From Nemertoderma westbladi (Eukaryota > Animalia > Xenacoelomorpha), in NCBI GenBank assembly GCA_032718475.1, contig JAUCBJ010005959.1, positions 1 to 49,385 on the forward strand: DNA of 49,385 nt, written 5' to 3'. The notes under the pieces are model-generated. The model did not search any database, was not told where the DNA came from, and saw nothing but the letters and a program-made list of their open reading frames with translations. Numbering within the stretch: position 1 is the stretch's first letter; each line of letters opens with the position of its first letter. The position numbers were made by a program, and so were the translations under genes. Positions 35,896 through 48,658 of the stretch are shown here, in pieces.

Positions 35896-38046
35896 TGATG
35901 AATTATTTCACTATAAGATAGCATTTGTAGTTTAACTTTAACGTAAAAACTTTCGAAAATCCGACGCATTTTGATTAAGTTACAGTAATGTAATATGCCT
36001 ATTCATATTTGTACACATAAAACCCCTAGGTACTCTCATGGCGTAGTGGTCAGATGGTTAAGGCGTTGGTTACATTACAGATAGGTTATGAGTTCGAATC
36101 CCGGTCGGGAAATTTGTATTTTGGGGCCATTTATTTTCATTTGGTGCAAATTGGTGGACCAATGAGAAGCGTACAACGTAGCGAACGATGAGCCAGGCCA
36201 ATCATGGGGCATAAAATATCTTATTGCTCAAATGTGAGGCTATGGAAAATTCTGTTAGGATTCCATGTCCCAGATTAGTGTAAGGGCTGGATTGCGTTGA
36301 ACGATGAGCTGCGCCAATCATAGGACATAAAGCACTTTATTGCTCAAATGTGAAGCTGTGGAAAATTCTGTTTGGTTTCCATGTGCGATATTTAGTATAA
36401 AAGGCCGGTTTGCCTTCGGTTATCACCTTCACCTTCACCCTTGTAAATTACCCCCTTCTTATATATTGTTATTAGTTTATTTGGTTTCTTGTTGAAACTT
36501 TGTTAAATCTGTTTGATAAATCCTTTGCTAAACTGTAATATACTGCAAATTCCTGAACATGTTTTCTTTTGGTCCAACTTTGGGACAGCCAAACATCGGG
36601 AAGATGGCAGCCTAGACCGTTAGGCCGTCAGCAACGCAGGGGAAAGATGTTCACAACACGCTAGCGCCCACTTTGGATTTGACCGCGCACCCCCTTTGCC
36701 CTTCGAAATACTCCACTTGCCATGCAGCGCCCGCTTTGTGAGAAAGGTAAGACTTTGTTCGACGCCCTTGCCCGCCGTAAGACCTATAGATCAGGGTAAG
36801 CGTGACGCCATCCTGGACGCCGCAAAATTTAGGATCAAATAATTATATTTAGACAGGAACCCCCCCCCCCCCCCCCCCCCTTTTGTCATGTCCTGCGAAG
36901 GTTCGTAGTACTGACTGTTTGGTACCGGTTCGCTTTGTAGAACGTACATTAGTACCCCCCCCCCCCCCCCCCCCCTCCTGTCTGGAGTTAGTTATTTGAT
37001 CAGGCAAGGAGTATTTCTGCTACCGGCACACTGCTTGGCCTAGGGAGGTTTTATTAATATCCTACCGCGCCTTGCCACGTACTGATAGGTATTGCTGCTA
37101 ACTACCGCGGCAACAAAGTTCTAGAATTAAATTAGTATACCAGATCAGCTAACGTACGGTAGCGATTAACCCCTATTTCTTATCTTACAACCAGAATCTG
37201 GTATTAGTGCCGATCACGGGTGTAGTTACTAACACCGTGGTTGCCCATTGAGTTGTGGATAGGAAGGAGAGAGCTTTGACGTCATTTGTGAGTATAAAGT
37301 TCTACAAAACGCGACTAGTTTATTTTAGTAGCTAGCGCACGGTATCATTTCGGTCAGAAAATCACTAAAACCTAGTAAAAAAGGAGATACATAAAATTGT
37401 TTTATTTGTAACACACCCACACACACACGCCCTAAAACATATTCGCCCTTAGAGTTCTACTAGTTATAGCGTACTATATATTACTTTAGGCAGAATTTAT
37501 CTGTATTTGTAAATTAGGATCTGATATTTAGTTACGGCAAGAAGGACCATTTCATTTTCGTTATTAAACTGTTGTTTCCTGTTCAGCAGTATTGTTACAT
37601 TAGGCACGACCCTTTTCGACTGATTTAGGACTGAATCAGTGTTGTTACGCTAGGTCTGTTAACCCACTAGCTCGTATATAAACCATATAAATCACACCGC
37701 GGCAAGTTACGGTATTTAGGACTGTCAGTGATAGTTAGGATTCGCTACGCGGGGATTGTTTTCCCGTGAGTTTGGTCTGTTACTGTAACTGTACATCTGC
37801 CTCACCGGTTAGAGGACAGGTATCCTTTTGTCTATTTTCGTAGGCATTAGACCCGCTCACATACATAGAATAGACACTAGGCTCTGTTCCTCGCCAGTAG
37901 TCGTTTGTGTATTGTATCTGTTTGTTTAGATATCCTGGACTGGGATTTGTTGTCAGATACTGTACGAGCCCGTATACATTACTAGTTCTTACGGTAAGAT
38001 ACATCGTTACTAGGATCCGGTAAGCGGTATACTACTGGACCTTACA
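35896..38046 (+). repeat. 3' LTR (2151 bp)
   Basis: Preceded by PPT-like atggagcgg. Lacks the segment equivalent to 19974-20075, which is replaced by gaagg at 36897-36901. Confidence 0.96.
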
Positions 38047-38739
38047 AGTTAACTTTGAAAGTCCTCAGCAAGTCTCTGATCGGATGAGCATAAGCTCAAA
38101 AGATGGTATGCTTGAGCATGTGGATGACTTCTGTTACCTGGGATCATGGATCCGGAAATCAGGCGAGGACCTTCGAATACGTAAGGGAAAGGCATGGGCA
38201 GCCTTAAATAGGCTTTCCAGGATTTGGAAGTCACCGAGAATTAATCGGAAACTTAGGGTCCGGTTATTTAGAGCAGCAGTAGTTCCAGTACTCCTCTATG
38301 GGAGTCCATGCTGGGCTCTAACTGCTGAGGACACCAAATCTCTGGATGGCACATTCACAAGAATGCTACGCCGGGTTCATTGTGTCAAGTTCAATGCACA
38401 CATCTCCAACCAGACACTATATAACATTGGAGGTGTCTCATTGGTTCCCCCAAGCTTGACACTAGAACAAAATCGCCTCCGCTTTGCAGGACATTGCTTT
38501 CGCCGTGAGGACCAGCCAGTGCATAATCTTGTACTTTGGCAGCCTTATGGAGTGAATAAGCATGGTGGACAGCCAATGACTTTCTTGAGACGCATCTTAA
38601 ATGACACTGGCCTTGAAGATGCGGATGATCTAGCAAATGTCATGGGTGATAGGGAGTTGTGGCGGTGCAATTTTGTCGATAAGCCGGCACACCATTCTTA
38701 AAAATGCAGCTGCAATGCAGCATGCCGATCCTAGTAGTA
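38047..38739 (+). mobile_element. RTE-clade LINE, 3' part
   Basis: VDDFCYLGSWI, RKGKAWAA, VLLYGS..W, RLRFAGHCFR, DRELWR; short 3' UTR ending in tagtagta. Confidence 0.93.
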
Positions 38740-39019
38740 CATACCATACCCTCTACTCTCTTTCTACGTGGCGCTTTCGGTGCCCACAACCTCTAACTCT
38801 CTCGGTACTATGTATCCTGCTACTACTCTCGTGGTATGTCTATATACCACACTCCCTAACTTCTAACTTCTTACTAACTCTTACTAACTTCTAACTAGTG
38901 CTACCTACTATGTAACTAACTACTACTATTACTTTCTAACTTTCTACTATCTCACTTCTTATTTATTATTTTTATTATTTATATTTTATTTTATGTGTGA
39001 GAAGGGCGTCTAGCCCACA
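38740..39019 (-). repeat. Truncated 3' LTR of the minus-strand BEL/Pao element
   Basis: Minus strand reads PPT gaggggggtgggat then TGTGGGCTAG.... It stops at the RTE tail without a CA end. Confidence 0.55.
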
Positions 39020-42000
39020 ATCCCACCCCCCTCAGTCCAACATATTACATATTGGATGACTCAACAACCTAAGGGCGATTTTTCCAGCAGGCAATTATCC
39101 CACTGCCCCCCTATAGGTCCTCTTAATCTTCGCCCCACTCTTCTTCTCAATTCCAACTCTTTTGGAATTGACCTTCCCTTCTCCTTTACCCTCAGGTCTT
39201 TCAGTCATGTTACTAATCTCTTCGTGGTCATCCCCTGGCGGCAAATTGCCACCTCTGCTGGCCTCCCCCTTAATATGTGTGCCGGCATTAAAGCCCCCGA
39301 TGACCCCGGTCATCCTTCGGTACATGTAATGGCTTACCATTTAATGCCCCCTCGCACTCTGCCAGCCCCTTATGCGTGTACATCATGCCCTCTCCCACTT
39401 TCCTGCCTCCTTTGTCACGTTTCATCATGGGCTTCTCTGCCCCTGGTCTAATCTTCCCACATCCTCTCCCTTTCCACCTTGTCTTCTTACTCGACCTCCT
39501 CCTCACAGGTATGCCTCTCAACTGGACCGGCATCTGTTCCAGACACCTTTCCGGACACCTCGCTGTCCACTCTTCTCCATCCCCATACATGGGTATTGCT
39601 CATACATACTCCCCATTGTCCTCCGCCCTCAGCATCGTCTCCCCAAACACTACTCGTGGTGCTGTTCCTTGCTGCTCGCCCAGCCAGATCGTGCCTCCCG
39701 CGAAATCCATCGACGGCTCCTCGTGCACCCAGGCCCGCTCGCCAGGTTCATCCCAGAAGGCTCTTGTCCTGCTGCCCGTCACCACTCTCCCGCCCACCCA
39801 GTCCGTATCTGAGTGGCCGATCCTCTCAATGGGCGGTCGTCATCCTCCTTCCTCGCTGGGAGCGGATCCGGACCCGGTAGCCTGGTAAATCCACTGTGCC
39901 CCTCTCCGCCCCGGCTTTCACCCATAACCTTCCACCCCTCCTGCTCCCTTGGTCTCTTCCTTGCAAGATCGCCCTCAGAACCACCTGGTGTGGGCATCAC
40001 TTGCAATCCCGATGCTGACTGTTTCGGTGATCCCTCCGTCCATCCCAGTTCCTCCCCCAGAAACTGGCCTGAGCTCCCTGATCGCCACCTTAGCTCATCC
40101 AAGTCCTGGGCTTCGAACCCATACTCCTCGTTTTCTTCCTCGGCCTGCTTCTCGTATGGGTCCTCCCCATCGCCTGTTTCAGGTTTCTCCTCTGCTCCCT
40201 CTTCCTCCACTTCTCTCAGTGTGCCTGCGAACATGCACCCTGAGGATTCCAGCACATTGAATGGACTTCTAGACTTGATTGGGCCGCTGAGTGTCCATCC
40301 AAATGATGTGGAAATCGCCATTGGGCCTCTATCTCCATCTTCTCCGAATAGGCAGGAAAACCTCCTGTGGGCTGTCGGGCAGTCCATTCCGACTATGATA
40401 GATACTTTCGGGATGTCCAGTTCTGGTATTGAGAAATCGATGTCGTCCAGGTACTGGTATTGTTCGACCTCGCTCTCCGTGGGTCGCGTGGCATTAATGT
40501 TAATCGATTGTACTATTTGAATGGGGTCGATGGTCACCCCTGATATCTTACAATGCCCCGTTCTCATCTTAAAGACTTCGTCTTTACTCGAGATAGTGGT
40601 CACCGCCATCTTGCTTGGCTACATTCGTAACCCTATCTTTTCAGCCACCCAATCCTCCGTTAGCGTGAACGCTGCTCCATTATCGATCAACATTAATGTT
40701 GTAACCGATAGCCCGCCTTCTCCTGTTATTCTCACTGGTACTATTTCGAGTAGTACCATTCTCTTTCTCTTTGATCCCGTCGTGCTCTTAGCCATAGTTT
40801 GGCCTCCAGTCTCATCATGTCCTATCGGTGTTTCTCCACACTCTCCGATTTTGTGTCCTTCCACCACACAGCGATTACATAGTCCATTTGTATCCGCGTA
40901 GGCTACCCGATATTGTTTAGGCAACGCTTGCCAATGCTTACAACTCATGGTCTTATGGGTTCCATCCCTATACAATTGACATTCGTATCCTGGATTGTAG
41001 CATTCCCTGTATAGCCCTTCACGTATAGCGCGTAGATTCATATCTACCGGTTTAGTGTTTTGGTTATTTGGACTTGGCCTACAGGGTATGTTGGGATTAT
41101 ATTTGTTCGTGTTGTTATTTTGTTTCTGTCCTTGCCACGGTGTGGCCCTACTCCCAGCTATCTGTGGACTAGCAGTCCCATGAGTGGCCGCATGTGGTAG
41201 CAACTGTCTCACTCTCGGGAATGGATCCGCCGGGCTGTGTTTGGGTTTAGGCCTGTTGTATTCAGCTTTCGGTGCCTTCCCCAAACTATCCTAACTGTAG
41301 ACTGGGTCTGTAATCAACTCTGCCTCATAATTGAGGAAGTTCGACATTTCCTCTAGGCCCGGTTCCGCACCTTTCTTCTCCCGGATGGAGAAGGCGATCT
41401 TCCTCCACTCATTTCTTAGCCAGATTGGCAGTGCCTGCGCTATTGTGGTGATGTTATTCGATGCATTGAGTTCGTATGGCGCATCCAAGTTCTTTAGCAC
41501 GATCAGTGCCTTCTCGACCTTATTCGCGAAAGTCTTTATACTGACAGGGTTATCCTGTAGGCCACCCGATGTTATTCCCCTCAAGGTTTGCCGGATGATC
41601 TTGTCAGGGTGTCCGTATTCCCTGTCTAGGGCCCGCCATGCAGTCGTGAATCCATCCGCGATACCTTGATACTGCCTTACGATATTGTACGCTGGGCCCC
41701 CTGTGTAAACTTGTAAATATTTTAGGCACTCCGCCTGCGTCAGATTCTTAGTTAATATTTCATTACTGTACATGCGTCGGAATTGCAGGTATTCCTCCGG
41801 TCTGCTTCCATCGAATTTAAATGGCTCCATCCAATAAGCAGCTCGATCATGGTCTTAAGCGCATCTATGAGTGTTGCCATTCCCATCGCCTGTGCTTCTA
41901 ATGGGCTCGATGGATGCTGTACAGACTCTCCTGATACTGGGTGAGGTTCGCCCGTCGGGCCTGTCGACTTCTTCTGTGTTGGATATATCATTGGGGTAAT

Positions 42001-42070
42001 GGTCCCCTCCACATCCCCGTATCGCACGATCTATTCTGGTCCAAGGGGTTTGGGGTTTTTGTTCTCAGTT

Positions 42071-43113
42071 ATATATATATATATATGAATGGGAGAATCT
42101 TTTAGGCTCGTTAAGCCAAGGAATGCCTGTTCACCACCATGGGTGATCTTCCACAGTAAACCCTTCCACATTATATATATATATATATAATTCATTAATA
42201 AAATATCCATATATGCGGATAAAATGGAGGCACAATAATAGTTACTTATAATCAAATATAGTACGTATTTATTAATTAGAACGATAAAATGTGTTTTAAG
42301 TGAATTAAGTGAATTTAGCGCCTCCTCGTTTGATATTTGTTTTGTTTCGATAATCATCCTCACGTTCACCTGCACACCGCTATCAGTGCAGAAATAACCT
42401 ATGTATCTCGGCAGAACCGTAAGCTACTTAATGTCTCGGTTAGACCCTTATTCCATAGTTCGTTTTTGAGTGACTGGATATATGTGATCTTATGTGGCAA
42501 GTTACATTCAAATATAAAGTGTGTTGCAGTTTCAGGTTCCCCACATAGCACATATTGTTGTCTATATCACCAAAATGTTTCATATATGCAGTATTTGGTT
42601 GACCCAAGAGGACACCAAGTATGAACGATTCAACGCTTCTCCCGCACTCCATATTTATTGGTTGTAGAGGTGGCAATCTAATATCATCCAAGTCATCCTG
42701 GTAATTAGCGCAAATTCTCCTTTTCCACATATCAGATATGTAATTATTCATCTGGTTAGGGATATAGTGGAACCACCTGAAGTCTAATTTTCTTAATGCT
42801 GGCAGGGAGTTGGCAGAACGTATTCCAGTAACCCAAGCCAGATACGAGCGAACTTCATTCGCCTGAATGGAGTATATATGTTTGTTATTGAATGACCCAG
42901 TTAACCAATAGATACCAGTTGTGTGATCAGTTTTTGAGATAAGTTTCAAGATGTACTTTACCGCGACCATTTTGTGCCAGAGATCAGGAGGCTGTAAACC
43001 GCAAACCACTTGCATATTACTTTGATCAGGATTAAATAAGTTGCCGGTAGCAGCCCTTAGCATCGTAGCTCACAGTTCGTCAAGAAGTCGGTTGAGTGTA
43101 TTGCTGATATTGC
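42071..43113 (-). mobile_element. 5'-truncated LINE 3' fragment inserted in the gag region
   Basis: ORF 42440-43063 (LRAATG...VVCGLQPPDL) resembles a post-RT LINE region. It ends in a (TA)n tail and interrupts gag-like sequence. Confidence 0.55.
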
Positions 43114-43203
43114 AATGGGTCACCCTGCCCCCCCCCCCCCCCCCCCCACCGGTGTTATATTTGGTATTGGGGTTGATGTTACCATATTAGGGCCCATATA
43201 CCT

Positions 43204-43780
43204 ATCGGCAATTACTCCCCCCTCCCCTGGGTATATGTTATGTCCTTGCATATTATTGTCATACTGGTGTGCAGGTACCGGTACAGGCCTATCCACCTCT
43301 TGCCTACCTACCGGTATGTATGCCGCAACTTCTGGATCTAATCCCGTTGTCTGCGCTACCCTATCGCCGACACTATCTGTTCCAGCATGGCCTATAGTAT
43401 GTGCAGTAAGGCCTACAGTATGCCCTGCAGTCTGCCTGTGTCCCTCCGGACCGAAGTTTAATCTTCTCGAATATTCCAAGAAGTCCTCCCCATCGGCAAT
43501 AACTCCCCCCTCCCCTGGGTATATGTTATGTCCTTGCATATTATAGTCATACTGGTGTGCAGGTACCGTTACAGGCCTATCCACCTGTTGCCTACCTACC
43601 GGTATGTATGCCGCAAATTCTGGATTTAATCCCGTTGTCCGCGCTACCCTATCGCCTTCACTATCTCTTCCAGCATGGCCTATAGTATGTGCAGTAAGGC
43701 CTACAGTATGCCCTGCAGTCTGCCTTTGTCCCTCCGGACCGAAGTTTAATCTTCTCGAATATTCCAAGAAGTCCTCCCCA
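43204..43780 (-). repeat. 288-bp in-frame tandem duplication in gag
   Basis: Copies start at 43204 and 43492; 96-aa repeat EYSRRLNFGPEG...IYPGEGGVIAD. Confidence 0.95.
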
Positions 43781-44029
43781 CGACTACCATACTCTCGATC
43801 GGCAGCTATGTCCCGTCAGGAAGTTTCTTTTCGATCCCCTCTCCTGTTCTCATCCTCACACAGGTATATCCTGTACCCTTCTCCTGGTGTGTGGTATATC
43901 ATCCGGCGCTTTTGCTTCGCCTGGTATTGCATAAGCCCCCTTAGCCGGGTATGCATATATTATCCCGCATATGCTTTCCCGCTCTCTCTCTCTGTCTCTG
44001 TCCTCTCTCAGACTTTGATTCGCTAATTC

Positions 44030-44240
44030 CATCTCTCTCGCCTCCCGCTCTCTACGCTCATTCTCTATTCTCGCCTCCCGCTCTCTACGCTCGTTCGCTA
44101 TTCTCGCCTCCCGCTCTCTACGCTCGTTCTCTATTCTCGCATCCCTCTCTCTACGCTCATTCGTTTCTCTCTCTACCCTCGCTGCCTCTTTCGCTTCTCG
44201 CTCCTTCCACTCATTCTCTATTCCGCCTCCCGCTTCTCGC
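44030..44240 (-). repeat. 33-bp coding repeat (ERREREARIEN) coiled coil
   Basis: ctattctcgcctcccgctctctacgctcgttc units. Confidence 0.85.
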
Positions 44241-44679
44241 GCTCGTTTATCTCTCTCTCTTCCTGCTCCCTGCAAATTCTCGCCACCCTCTCGGCTCTTT
44301 CTCTACATTCCCTCGCTAACTCTCTCTCTTTCTCTAATAACGCGGTTCCCTCGTCCAGTTGCCTCTCCAACTCCTGCCGATCCAGCGCCACAAAGTCTAG
44401 TTGACACACCAGATCTATCTCTAACACCCTTCTTGCTTTTGTGGAGGATGTAGCGACTTTTCACTTGCAACAGACTCCCGTCGCCTCTCCGTCATACTAA
44501 CTTTCCCCCGCTTTCTGGGGTTCTCGCTAACCGACGACACCGAATCCTCGGTGTTAATCCTCGGTGTTCGCCGTCGTGCGGGTTCGCCCAACCCACTAAC
44601 TTAATTCCCCTAGCATCTATGGCATACTTTTAGTATTAAAACCCCATTTTATTATTCACTCATATTTTTTTAAGGAAAA

Positions 44680-45352
44680 TAATTATGTACTCTTATTTTT
44701 ATATGTGTAACTAATTTAATTGCATTATGTTCTCATTTTAAAATGAGTACACCTATAATTCGGGAAATTTTGCAATTTTGTACTCATATTTTTATAAGAG
44801 TCACTAATTCAAAGAATTATGTTCTCATTTTAAAATGAGTACACCATATAATTCGGGAACATCTTTCAATTTTGTACTCATATTTTTATAAGAGTCACTA
44901 ATTCAAAGAATTATGTTCTCATTTTAAAATGAGTACACCATTAATTCGGAACATCTTTCAATTTTGTACTCATATTTTTATAAGAGTCACTAATTCAAAG
45001 AATTATGTACTCATTTTAAAATGAGTACACCATTAATTCGGAACATCTTTCAATTTTGTACTCATATTTTTATAAGAGTCACTAATTCAAAGAATTATGT
45101 TCTCATTTTAAAATGAGTACACCATTAATTCGGAAAACCTTGCAATTTTGTACTCATATTTTAGCCAATCGCGAATTTGCGCCTCATTTTAAAATGGTCA
45201 CCATTAATTCGGAATAACTTTGCAATTTTGCACCCATCTTTTAGCCAATCGCGAATTTGCGCCTCATCTTTTAATAATTGTCACCCATCTTTTAACCAAT
45301 CACGAATTTGCGCCTCATCTTCGAATAATTGCCACCCATCTTTTAGCCAATC
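44680..45352. repeat. Tandem array of about 92-bp units with a palindromic core, decaying into CCAAT-containing units
   Basis: About 5 copies of aattatgtWctcattttaaaatgagtacaccattaattcggaacatctttcaattttgtactcatatttttataagagtcactaattcaaag. Confidence 0.92.
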
Positions 45353-46037
45353 ATTGATAAGGCCTTTCTCCACTGTTGTAAAGAAGTATAAAGGGTGAAT
45401 CGGACTACTGTTGAAATCATATGGTTTCTGTGATAGCATATGATAACGACGGTACATAAAGTTGCTGCACTGGCTATCGAGAGTTTAAGATTTACTAGTG
45501 GATGTGGGTGATTGGGTCTGTAAAAGTGGGCATAACATAAATGATTACTAGGCCTAAGTTGTATTGCCGTCATTAGTATCTTAGTCACTATTATTTACTT
45601 AATGTAGTTAGTGTTTCTAAGTTTCCAAAATTTTAATTGAGAAAAATACATTACTATATTGTAATTACTCATATTGTATTATTATTACTATCATACTTTA
45701 TCAATAAAGATAAGTACAGAGATAGCGGAGTCAAGATACAGGAAAGTAGAGTTTAGTTAAGTGTAATCTACAAAACATTATTAAATACAATGTTAATACA
45801 AGTAAGTTGTATCTAAGAAGCAAAACATTAAACCGGTAATATTTCTGACCAGTTGTTACACGAGCTTAGTTGCATTCGCACATTTTCAGAAGTGAACATA
45901 GAGTTACAATAGAAACTAATTTTTTATCCTATTTTGGAACTAATTCTGACATTAGGCCATGTAATCTGGTACTGATATACTGTACAGTGTAGACTATACA
46001 TAACATTTGTGTAGCTTAGAGCTTATCATAATTCGTT

Positions 46038-47400
46038 GTGTTTGGAATGGACCAAGAACAGCGTCGCTGCTGTAATTTACTTTATGGCGATGATAATATT
46101 TATTGCACAAGATGTGGACACCGTTTACAACAGTTGTCAGTGCCTCAACATCCTGTAGTTGATCTTACAACAACGACGACGTCTACGAGTAATCAGAATT
46201 GGTCGTTAGTTAACCCTAATGGTAGTGGACCTGGACAGTTACAATTTCCAAACACTCAAAACATTAACAGGCCAAGGCGCCCAGCAGAGCTTATAGAGGA
46301 ATTGAATGCTACATTTGCTCCTTATGGTAGTGGAAGATCTACAGGATTGTCAGGACATATCAGTCGTCGGTCATCGAGTTCGAGTGGTAATCGAAGGACA
46401 TTACCGACAGTGTCAACTAGTGGTAGTCGATCAAGTGGCGTAGTAGGCCGCGTTCCTCCTCTGTAACGAAGTCAGTCATTGTTATCAAAACAGAAGAAGG
46501 CGATACTCGAGTTTGTAAAGATACCATTATTAAACAATGCATGGTAACATATACTGACAATTCCACTCAAGAAGAAGTGCGGTCAGTAATTATGAATTCA
46601 TTATTAGCACCACCGTCATGCAATTCTGACTTTGAGTTTATTAAAGTTTTCAATAAATCAATTCTACCCCTATCTGTGTCTGATAACTTTATATTTAATG
46701 GCCAGGCACTTAAATCGATTTATCCTAGAGATAAACCAATATATGTTCGGATTGAAAATAGAAGCAGCAATGAGTCCACTGTTATAGTCCCAACTACGAT
46801 TTCCGAGAATGATACATTACCAACAACATTTTTGCAGGGGCAGGCAACCGTTGTGGAACATATCCCAATAACTTCCCCGCAAGTCATTAATAGAGAAGCC
46901 ATACAAATATATTATGATTCCATGTTAGTGGACGACTCTTCCGATAATGAATGTAATGAGAGAGACATGAATATAGCTCCATCTTGTCTAGAATTTTTAG
47001 AATTGATTCACGAAGTTCCGGAAGTAATTACCAATTTGTTACAAGGAAACATCACAGACGAATTGCGATACAAGTCCTCCGAAATGGGATTGATTATGAT
47101 TGAAGCGAATATTACTCGCAGTGATTTAAGTCTGCGTAAGTTTGCAGAGTTGTTTCTGAAGTCGTTACTAATATTCAATAAAGGCGCTATAGATTCTCTG
47201 AAAGAAGGAATTCTGCCAATTCTGTCCACAAAAGATTTTCCAAGTCACCTTATCTATAAAGTCCTTTCTTGTTCCCCGGAAATAATGGTTTCCAAAATTT
47301 GGCGTGAAGCTGAATTCTTGGATCCTCACCAACCAGGCTCAAACGGTTACGAAAGGGAAGATGATATTTCATTTTGGTTTGGCACCTCATTTCAATGGTT
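46038..47400 (+). pseudogene. Intronless zinc-ribbon protein with G2E3/HECT-like remnant, probably transposon cargo
   Basis: CC...YCTRCG N-terminus; DFEFIKV...FNGQALK...PIYVR; IDSLKEGI and PGSNGYEREDD resemble G2E3-type HECT segments. Frameshift near 46460; C-lobe missing. Confidence 0.4.
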
Positions 47401-47477
47401 AGATGACTGTGGGTCATTAGTTTGGGAACAACACACATTGACCAAATCTAATACAGTCCCGCTCTCAAAAAGCATTC

Positions 47478-47670
47478 CTTTGATCAAACATTGATCAAAC
47501 TTTGATCAAACATTGATCAATGTTTGATCAAAATGTGTCCATAGAGTAGCATTGAAAGTAGAATTGACATTGAAATGACATTGATGGCATATTGAAATGA
47601 CCTTGAAATCGATGGACCGAAATTCCAGACTTTCTGTCTCATATTGAAATGACATTGAAATGATTTCAAG
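47478..47670. repeat. 11-bp direct and inverted repeats (ttgatcaaaca; ttgaaatgaca), MITE-like interior
   Basis: tttgatcaaacattgatcaaactttgatcaaacattgatcaatgtttgatcaaa, then repeated ttgaaatgac. Confidence 0.7.
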
Positions 47671-48658
47671 GTAACAGTTTACATCGCTCTTCTGCGGCAT
47701 GCCTTTGAACTCAGATTCCCGCCGAGAACTGGCTTTTGTTAATGGCCAAGCCGCGATGTGATTGACAGGGCGGTGGATGGAGCTTGCTTGACTTTGTGGA
47801 TGGACAGCGATTGGATTTACAAGGCGGTGTTGTGGTAGTGTCCCAGACTGAGTTTTGTTCTTGTAGGGCAGGGCCTATTATTACACCAACAACTAGTTCA
47901 GAAAAACAGTCTTTGGAATAATTTTATATTATTGTTATATTAGAAATTAGTTTCAATGTTCCTTAAATCAGAATCAAGGCCAAAGACCTCCATTGACGTA
48001 GCAGCGCGATGGCTGCCGTTGCATTGCATTTGCTTATACAGTAATTGTGTAAATTCGACAAGCTTCCTTCCTGCCCCTGTCTCTAAGTATACTAATAAAT
48101 GTAAATAAAGAAATAAATAAATCCAAGCGCTAGCGCCAGCGCACCCCCTAAAATACCTTCTAAAAATGTAGGTAATTTAATTTTAATACTCTGATAAGGT
48201 AATTTTATTGAAAACCTAATTTGTTTTAAAGTAAACTATGTTAAGTACATCATTAGTTACGTATTTTTTAATTCAGTTTAACGTATTGTAATTATAATTT
48301 TTAAATATTAAAAATCAAATTGGGTTAGTAATACTTATTAAATTATGCTCATTCATTTTTAATTAATGGAGGGTTTTAACCATCCGGCCGACAAACCACA
48401 CTTTTGCTCACAGGTCGTTGTAAGACAAGGCATCATATAACCCCATATCCCATCCCTCTTGTTGTGGACTATTACTATATCATTGTACAAGCTGCGGACC
48501 TGCACCCCCCCCCCCCCCCCCCCCCCATTATAATGTGTTGTAGCCATCCACCCAACCCATTGCGTAACTCAGAATTAAACTCCACACAGCACAGGCCATA
48601 CCTGCCATTGCTTTCATTACGCCACATCGCCAAGTGGAGATTCAATTGTGGCTGTGAA

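Larger units (their letters stand above)
18972..38046 (+). mobile_element. Full-length 19-kb BEL/Pao LTR retrotransposon with an extra ORF
   Basis: Two near-identical TG...CA LTRs; gag-PR-RT-RH-IN order with BEL signatures; AGTT duplicated at 18967-18970 and 38047-38050; removing the element restores the RTE reading frame. Confidence 0.96.
38740..44620 (-). mobile_element. Degenerate gag-protease-only BEL/Pao element
   Basis: E/R coiled coil (43856-44427); DUF1759-like PFKFDGSRPEEY...YLQVYTGGPA (41291-41830); CNRCVVEGHKIGEC; LIDNGAAFTL; IIVGMD; TSFGWTLSGP. No RT motifs before the PPT. Confidence 0.85.

Noticed and set aside
39056-40901. Plus-strand Pro/Ser-rich ORFs
   Set aside because: They are antisense shadows of the purine-rich minus-strand BEL/Pao sequence.
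44680-45160. CRISPR-like repeat-spacer array
   Set aside because: The sequence between palindromes is repeated too, so there are no unique spacers.
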